Below, in pieces: positions 55,520 through 64,000 of a DNA stretch of 64,000 nt. Position 1 is the first letter of the stretch. Each line of letters opens with the position of its first letter. The notes beneath the pieces were generated by a model that was not told where the DNA came from, did no database searches, and saw only the letters and a list, made by a program, of their open reading frames with translations. A program made the translations under genes and the position numbers. The stretch lies in the NCBI RefSeq assembly GCF_009914755.1, contig NC_060947.1, one strand, 5' to 3'. The DNA comes from the human T2T-CHM13v2.0 reference genome, Homo sapiens.

Positions 55520-56525
55520 TTAGCTTTATTGGGGTATAATTAAAGTTTACAAAGCACATATTTAAAGCATTCAGTTTAACCTATTTTATCTATATTTAAG
55601 CCTATGAAACCATGACCGCAATCAAAATAGCAAAACTAAAAATTTTAAAAATTAGCAAAATAGCAAACACTTTAATCACCTCCAAAAGACTCTTTTTTTC
55701 CCATTTGCAATCCATCCCTCCCTCCATCTTCAAGCCTAGACAACCTCTGATCTGTTTTTTGTCACTTTAGTTTGGATTTTATAGTATTTTTAAATAAATT
55801 GAATCATAGAGCATATACTCTCTTTTTTTCTGACTTTATTCATTGATCGTAATAACTTTGCATGTAATAATAGTGTATTCCTTTCTATTGCTGAATAGAA
55901 ATATGTTGAATGCTTATCCATTTATCTGTTGATGTACATTTAAGTACTTTCCAATTTTTGGCTATTGCAAATAAAGCTAATATGAACATGCACATACAAA
56001 TGTTTGTGTGGACATATCTTTTTATTTTTCTTGAGTAAATACCTAGGAATGAAATGGCTACATTATATAGAAGATGTATGTCTAATTTTTAAGAAACTGC
56101 CAAACTGTTTTCCAAGAAGATTTTGCAATTTATATTCCTATAAGTAGAGTGGGGAAGTTCCAATTTCTCCACATCCTCACCAACACTTAATAAGGTCAGG
56201 TCATTTTTGTTAATATTTAAAATTTTTCAACCATTCTAAATTGTATATAGTGGTATCTTATGGTTTTGATTTTCATTTCTTTGTTGAGTAATGAGACTTA
56301 GCATCTTTTCATGTACTCAGCCTTTCATATATCTTCTTGTGAATTACACGTTCAAACAGTTTTCTATTTTTTAGTTAGTTCATTTTTCCTATTATCACTG
56401 AGTTGCAACAGTTCTTTATAAATTCTAGATTAAAGTTTTTTGTCTAATATATAAACTGCAATTTTTTCTGTTGGTCTTGCCTTGCCTTTTAATTTACTTA
56501 ATGATTTCTTTCAAAGTTTTAAATC
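55520..56525 (-). mobile_element. L1M 3' fragment
   Basis: Antisense L1 3' UTR motifs. Confidence 0.75.
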
Positions 56526-56564
56526 TTTATGAAGCAGAAAGGTCAGAAAAGCAGAACTGCTGGG

Positions 56565-57033
56565 GATGTGCCCCACTAGTATGGCTATTATCAAAACAAA
56601 GAAAGAAAGAAACAGTAGTGGGTGTTGATGAGGATGTGGAGAAATTGTAACCCTCATACATTGCTAGTGGGAATGTATTATTCAGTCGCTGTGAAAACAA
56701 TTTGGTAGTCCTTCCAAAAGTTATACACAGAACTATCATGTGATCCAGCAATTCTATTCATAGGTATGTATTCAAAAGAATTGAAATATATGTCCAGACA
56801 AAACTTGTGCACAAATGTTCATAACATTACTCACAGTAACCCCCAAAATGCCAACAACAAAAAAGGCAATCAATAGATAAGCTAGTAAACAAAATGTGGT
56901 GTATACATACAATGAATTTTTAGTAATAAAAACGAATGGAGCACTGATATATACTGTAACATAAATGAACTTTGAAAATATTATGCTAAGTGAAAGAAGC
57001 CAGACACAAAATGTCACATGTTGTATGATTCTA
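56565..57033 (+). mobile_element. L1MB-like 3' fragment
   Basis: gaggatgtggagaaattgtaaccctcatacattgct...agaagccagacacaaaa. Confidence 0.75.
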
Positions 57034-57505
57034 TAAGGGATCTTCAAAAAGTTCATGAAAAATGCATATTATGAAAAAACTATGCATATATTTAAAAATG
57101 TTTTCACACCAAAATAAACTCATACTAAGTTGTTATAAGATGTCTGAATGAGATCTAGTTTGAGGTACTAAAGATAAGAAATCAGTTTGAAAAAGCCCCT
57201 ATCAGAGCAACATGAATTCTGCTAAAATTGAAGCAAGAACAAACATCAGATTTATGGTGAAGCTTGGGGGAAAGAATCCTGAAATCACTGATCCTTTACA
57301 AAAACTTTAGGGGGACAATGCCTGAAATAAATTGGCAGTTCACAAACGGATAACTCATTTTAGGAAGGGACTAGAAAATGTTGAAGATGAAGCCTGCAGT
57401 GGCAAACCACCCACTTCATACCTTCACATCAATTTGTGAGGAAAAAGATAATCTCATTCATGCCCTGATTGAAGAGAACTGACAATTAACAGCAGAAACA
57501 ATATA
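57034..57505 (+). mobile_element. HSMAR2 mariner 5' fragment
   Basis: Preceded by TA; TIR-like gggatcttcaaaaagttcatgaaaaatgc; ATG at 57212 begins MNSAKIEARTNIRFMVKLG; later disrupted and 3'-truncated. Confidence 0.85.
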
Positions 57506-57884
57506 TGGATACCATATAATAAAAATTTGTAATGAATAATCTCATCATCTAAGAATTAGGAATATAAGCTACAATCCCAGTTCTACCATTTATTAGGTGT
57601 ATGATCTTGAAAAACTTTTCTGAGTCTCAGTTTTCTCATGTATCCATTGAGACCAATGATATTTAACTGTGGCTGCAGGTTCTTTGGAGAAGACTATTCC
57701 CAGTACATACTTATGATGTTATAGTAACGTCCTCTCTCAAGGGGCTCTGGGTATGATAGTTGAACTGACTTGGGTCTTGTAATTAAGAGAGAACCTAGAC
57801 TATCTAGTAGCTTATACCAGCTCTCTGTTTGCCATGATTAGGAGTTTTTGATCACCCAATCAAGTAAAAAATTAGTGGGCCGCC

Positions 57885-58406
57885 TGTATTAGTCAGAGTT
57901 CTCTAAAGAAACAGAAATAATAAGATAGATATATATATATAAAGGGGAGTTTATTAAGGAGTTTTGACTCACATGATCACAAGGTGAGGTCCCATAATAG
58001 GCCATCTGCAAGCTGAGGAGCAAGGAAGCTAGTCTGAGTCCCGAAACCTCAAAAGTATGGAAGCCGACAGTGCAGCCTTCAATCTGTGGTAAAAGGCCCA
58101 AGAATCCCATAGCTGAAGAACTTGGAGTCTAATGTTTGAGGGCAGGAAGCGTCCAGCATGGGAGAAAGATGTAGGCAGGGAGACTAAACCAGTCTAGTCT
58201 TTACATGTTCTTCTGCCTGCTTTTATTCTGGCCGCGCTGGCAGCTGATTGATTGTGCCCACCCAGATTGAGGTGGGTCTGCCTTTCCCAGTCCACTGACT
58301 CACTCAAATGTTAATTTCCTTTGGCAATACCCTCACAGACACATCCAGGAACAATACTTTGCATCCTTCAATACACTCAAGTTGACACTGAATATTAACC
58401 ATCACA
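57885..58406. mobile_element. MLT2A/B solo LTR (ERVL)
   Basis: tgtattagtcagagttctct...attaaccatcaca termini; 5-bp TSD cc(g/a)cc. Confidence 0.85.
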
Positions 58407-60636
58407 CCACCTATCCATTTCTCTCCTAGTAGATGACAAGGTAGGCTAATTACTGTACAATCATTTCCAAAATCTCAGAGGCTTAGCAAACTTAAATTTT
58501 AATTTTCATTCAGATAGTAGTTCAATGCAGGTGGGATAGGATGGGACCAGCTCCATGCAATCGTTTAGGGACCATGGTGGCAGGAAGATTCACAATCTGT
58601 AAATGTGATTTCCAAGGTTGCCTTGGGTGTTTACATTCATCAGGAAAACAGAGGAAGGGAGAAGACTCATGGAAGATTATGTTGGAGTTTTCATATGGAA
58701 GAGACATGAAATTGGTAAATATAACTTCTGCTCACATTCCAATGGCCAGAAATCAGTCACCTAACTGCAACACAGTCTGGGAAAAGCAGTACCTGAGTAT
58801 GAAACTCAGAGAAAAATGGAACATAATTTAGTTAACAAACACACTGTCTCTACCATCGTATCACAGGATCAGTTAGCTGTGGATAAAAATTCCTCCAACT
58901 CAAATTATTCTGTCTAGCATGACATTCCTGGTGCATATTAAGGTAACCAGGCCTTCCTTGGTTAATCATCCAGGTGATTAAGTTCAGCTTCTTAATTTAC
59001 TTTACATGAGATCCTGGCATCACTACTGAAATCAAGATGACATATCAAGCTTTAGAGTCACTCTCAGCATCCTCTGCCTAAGGAGAATAGCCATGTTAAG
59101 ACTTTAAAAATATACTTGCCTGTTCATTACTCAATTTGCTGTTAGCAGTAACATCGTATGGCCCTCTCTCTGGACATAGTTAGGAAGTAGATGTACTCAT
59201 AATACATGATAAATACACAATAACATTCCCTTTTCCATGATTCTTTAGGTTCTTGCCTCTACAGCATACTAAGCAATCTCTTGTATACCAATCTCGTTTA
59301 GTGTGATCCATCAGAAACCCATATTTCAGTCAACCAACTGAGCAAACAATTAGAATCCAGCTGCGTGAGATAACAGATTGGATTTAGAATCTCTGCTGTA
59401 TGCACAAATATTGATTAATAGCTAATGATTATTATATATAACAATATATATTATATAATAATAAAATTATTATTAATAGCTAATTAATATTAAATAATAA
59501 TTTAACAAATTATTAGGCACTTATTATGTGCCTGGTGCTGTCCTAGGTGTTGAGGTTTACAGGACTGAACAAAACAAAACAAAACAAAATATCCCAGTCT
59601 TCTTGGAACTTAAGTTCTTATTGAAGAGACAACAAAAGAAGGCTTGTGAGGAAACAGCTGAAGGAGGTGAGGGAGTGATACAGGTGAATATCTCAGGGTA
59701 GATTTCTAGGCAGAATAAATAACAAATGCAGTGGCTCTAAGTTGAAAGGATGCCTGACCACAGTAGCTAAAATTATGTTCCTTCCTACCTTTAGCTAATA
59801 TCCTCAGAAACTATTCTCAAACATATTCTGGAGATTATTGGCAATGTGGCAAATACATTAAACAAGCAGAATCTGTAGGATGAATAATATACCAACTTTT
59901 TTTTCCTGCTGCCTATGCAAATCTGTTCTTTGGAACTAGTTCTACTCTTGTCCCCTGGGTGAAATCTAGGGTATGCTCCATAACTTTTCTGCCTGCTCAT
60001 GTAAAGTAAAAATCCTCCTGTCAGTTCTAGTCATAAAACAGTTTCTGTTCAATGAGGGCAGAGAGGAGGTGAGAAGAAATTAAAATCTTATATAATTGAC
60101 ACTGTTATAGCCATCCAGTATTGGCACTTTCTATGACTCCTTCTCTTGTGTGACATTTTTCAGAGTACTATAGGGAGTCTCCCATTGTTGAGGAGCTCTC
60201 CCTTGCTGTTCTCTTGAAAAACATATCCCTGGGCTAGTTGCTTTTGACTCCTTATTTAGCCTTTAACCTTCCAGCAGTATATCTCCAGGTTGTTTATTTT
60301 AAGGTGTTTTTTTTTCTTCTCCAAAAGACCATCATGATCTAAATCTATGACATCTCCAAGCTACTTCTGTCTTCCATATGGCCCATGTCAAGTCCACGGG
60401 AAGCACTTACACATCCTTTGCCCAAAATGGCTCTCAAATTCAAAGAGTCCAGGCTCTCCCCAAACTTTCTTCACTCTGATATCAAGGTAGCTGGTCAGCC
60501 AGTCTCTTGTTTTTTGTATTTCTCAGGGATAATTCGGATGCTTACTATGTTATCAAGTTCCAGGAGCTCTGAATCGCCAAATTGAAGATTTTTGCCTCAA
60601 GCTTGATGTGATATGAAAAGCCCCTTGCCTTCCTTA

Positions 60637-61026
<390 letters not shown>

Positions 61027-61757
61027 TTAATCTCCAGCAATCTTCTTGGCCTCTCAAATGTCTTTTGTAGGCTGCAAGTCGGTGGTTATTTAAGTGCAAC
61101 AAAATCAGTGCTCATTCATGTCCATTGCAAAACCTGCTTTTATTACCTTACTCTCCACTTTGGAATTTAGCAGTAGTTGACACCCAGTTGTCTTGGGGTC
61201 CCAACCAAAAATGAGGCTGAAATAGGTAAGGTTATATTTCCCATTATAACAATATAAATATTAAAAAGCTTGTAATGTATCTGGTGTGTGAGCTATTTGA
61301 TTTTCTAATTTCAATCTTCCCACTTTCCCACACTCCAGCATACTGGGATTTGATTCTAATTACAGATTTAGAGAAAATAAGTACATCTGTGGGGCAATGA
61401 AGAGGGAATGAGGACAATTGGTCTCCCTTACAAGGGACCTTGAGGCAGGTTGTTATGGATCTTCAAACAAAGTAGGAACAGCCTCACTCATATAGAGGAA
61501 GAGGAGCTGATTTAGCTGGTAAGGAAGACCTAATCAGGGTTGAAACTAGGGATATTCTGAAGCAGAGTTCCATTTTCCCCCTTCTCTATCTTGGCTTCCT
61601 CTTCCTTGTACTACCTATTTCTTAAGGCCCAGTCCTGATCATAGGGTGTCGCCAACTAGAAGCAATCTCTTCCATTTCTGTCATTGATGCACAGCACATG
61701 GGGCCTTGACCTCTTCTGTGGCCTTTAACAAAGGCTGCCCTGTCTCTTTCATCTTAG

Positions 61758-61815
61758 GTGTGTGTGTGTGCGCGTGCGTGCATGCATGCGTGTGTGTGTG
61801 TGTAGAGAGAGAGAG
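61758..61815. repeat. Alternating purine-pyrimidine tract (GT/GC/AT) followed by (AG)n
   Basis: gtgtgtgtgtgtgcgcgtgcgtgcatgcatgcgtgtgtg. Confidence 0.85.
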
Positions 61816-62699
61816 CCCATCTCCTCAGAAAGTTAGGTGCCAGGGTAGTAGGCAGGTGCCCACTCTCATTCTGCTTTAGTAGCATCTATAATGTTTACTT
61901 GGTGTGTCTCCAGAAATCTCAGAGGCTTGAGAGAAGCTATTTGCTGATTGGCTCACAAATATCCCTTTTTACTTCCTGCACCAAGTTAAAAACAAAGATT
62001 CTATTGACTCCTCTGCTGCTTACATGTAGTCAGAGGCAACCTTACCATCATTTTAATGGAGTTATTGACAGAAGATATCCTCAATTGGGCATGAAGATGG
62101 TGATCCGTTTGTGAACAAGTGCTGTTTTGTGAGCAGTTTCACCACACGTGGGCTATACTTACTTTTGAATTTAACTTTAGCCCAATGCTGCTTATATCTT
62201 TTAGTTTGGTAATGTAGTTACATAGTTCAGTCATAAAACAGAACTAAATGTTTGTTTTTCTTGTCCTCAGCCCTTCCCTTCCCTTCCTCAACAATTCAGT
62301 CCCAACACTGTCAGATGGGGAAGGTCAAGGTAAGTGTCTTTATCAGATGAGAGGAGGGAGCTGTGTTTGCCTGAGCAGGGTGAGGAAGGCATTCATGCTG
62401 GGAGAGCAGCTTATCGCAGGGAGTCAGAGCCTAAAAATTATGATGAGGGCTTCCCAGACAGGAGACAGCCAAGTGAGAGATATTGGAGTTTTATCTGGTT
62501 GAAGAGTGTGTCCATGTGGAGGAAGTGTGTGGCAGACTGGAGCGGGGTTTCAGAGTCTGAGCAGGTTAAGAAGCATGTCCATGCTGCTAACAGTGTGAGG
62601 AAGGTACCTGTATGGTAGGAGTTGGGTAGGGAGGAAGTCTGTTGCACTACTTCTCAGCCAGAACAGGTTTACAAAGTGGGTTGGAAAACAGGGACTGTA

Positions 62700-64000
<1,301 letters not shown>

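Noticed and set aside
57034-57505. Domesticated mariner transposase
   Set aside because: Only the 5' part is present, with early disruption and no catalytic domain
58240-58262. DUX4-type site in the MLT2 LTR
   Set aside because: It reads tgattgattg, one base short of the TGATTAGATT-type spacing I recall, so it is probably broken
59410-59515. AT-only quasi-palindromic stretch
   Set aside because: Low-complexity DNA where such symmetry is expected by chance

Overview
This is primate, almost certainly human, repeat-rich genomic DNA. It has one clear protein-coding gene, BEX4 (+ strand, CDS 45147-45509, 120 aa), which places the window in the X-linked BEX/TCEAL cluster. BEX4 has a CpG-island promoter (~43980-44800), short 5' exons and poly(A) signals at 46168 and 46210. 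A full-length RPSA processed pseudogene (- strand, 34932-35974) sits inside an old L1. The rest is transposon-derived: about 30 Alus, L1s including a TSD-flanked 6.3-kb L1PA, solo LTRs, an SVA2-like element and an HSMAR2 fragment. Nearly all other ORF-track entries are repeat-derived and spurious. I see no prokaryote-type system and no RNA gene. The best lead is a putative alternative BEX4 first exon whose strong-context ATG (44503) splices in frame through exon 2 to give a 29-aa N-terminal extension; a second acceptor 7 nt away would turn it into a short uORF. Other leads are several templated inverted insertions, an Alu-associated deletion and traces of an ancient local duplication. Repeat subfamily names and paralog comparisons are from memory, and repeat boundaries without a stated TSD are approximate; all need Dfam/BLAST confirmation.
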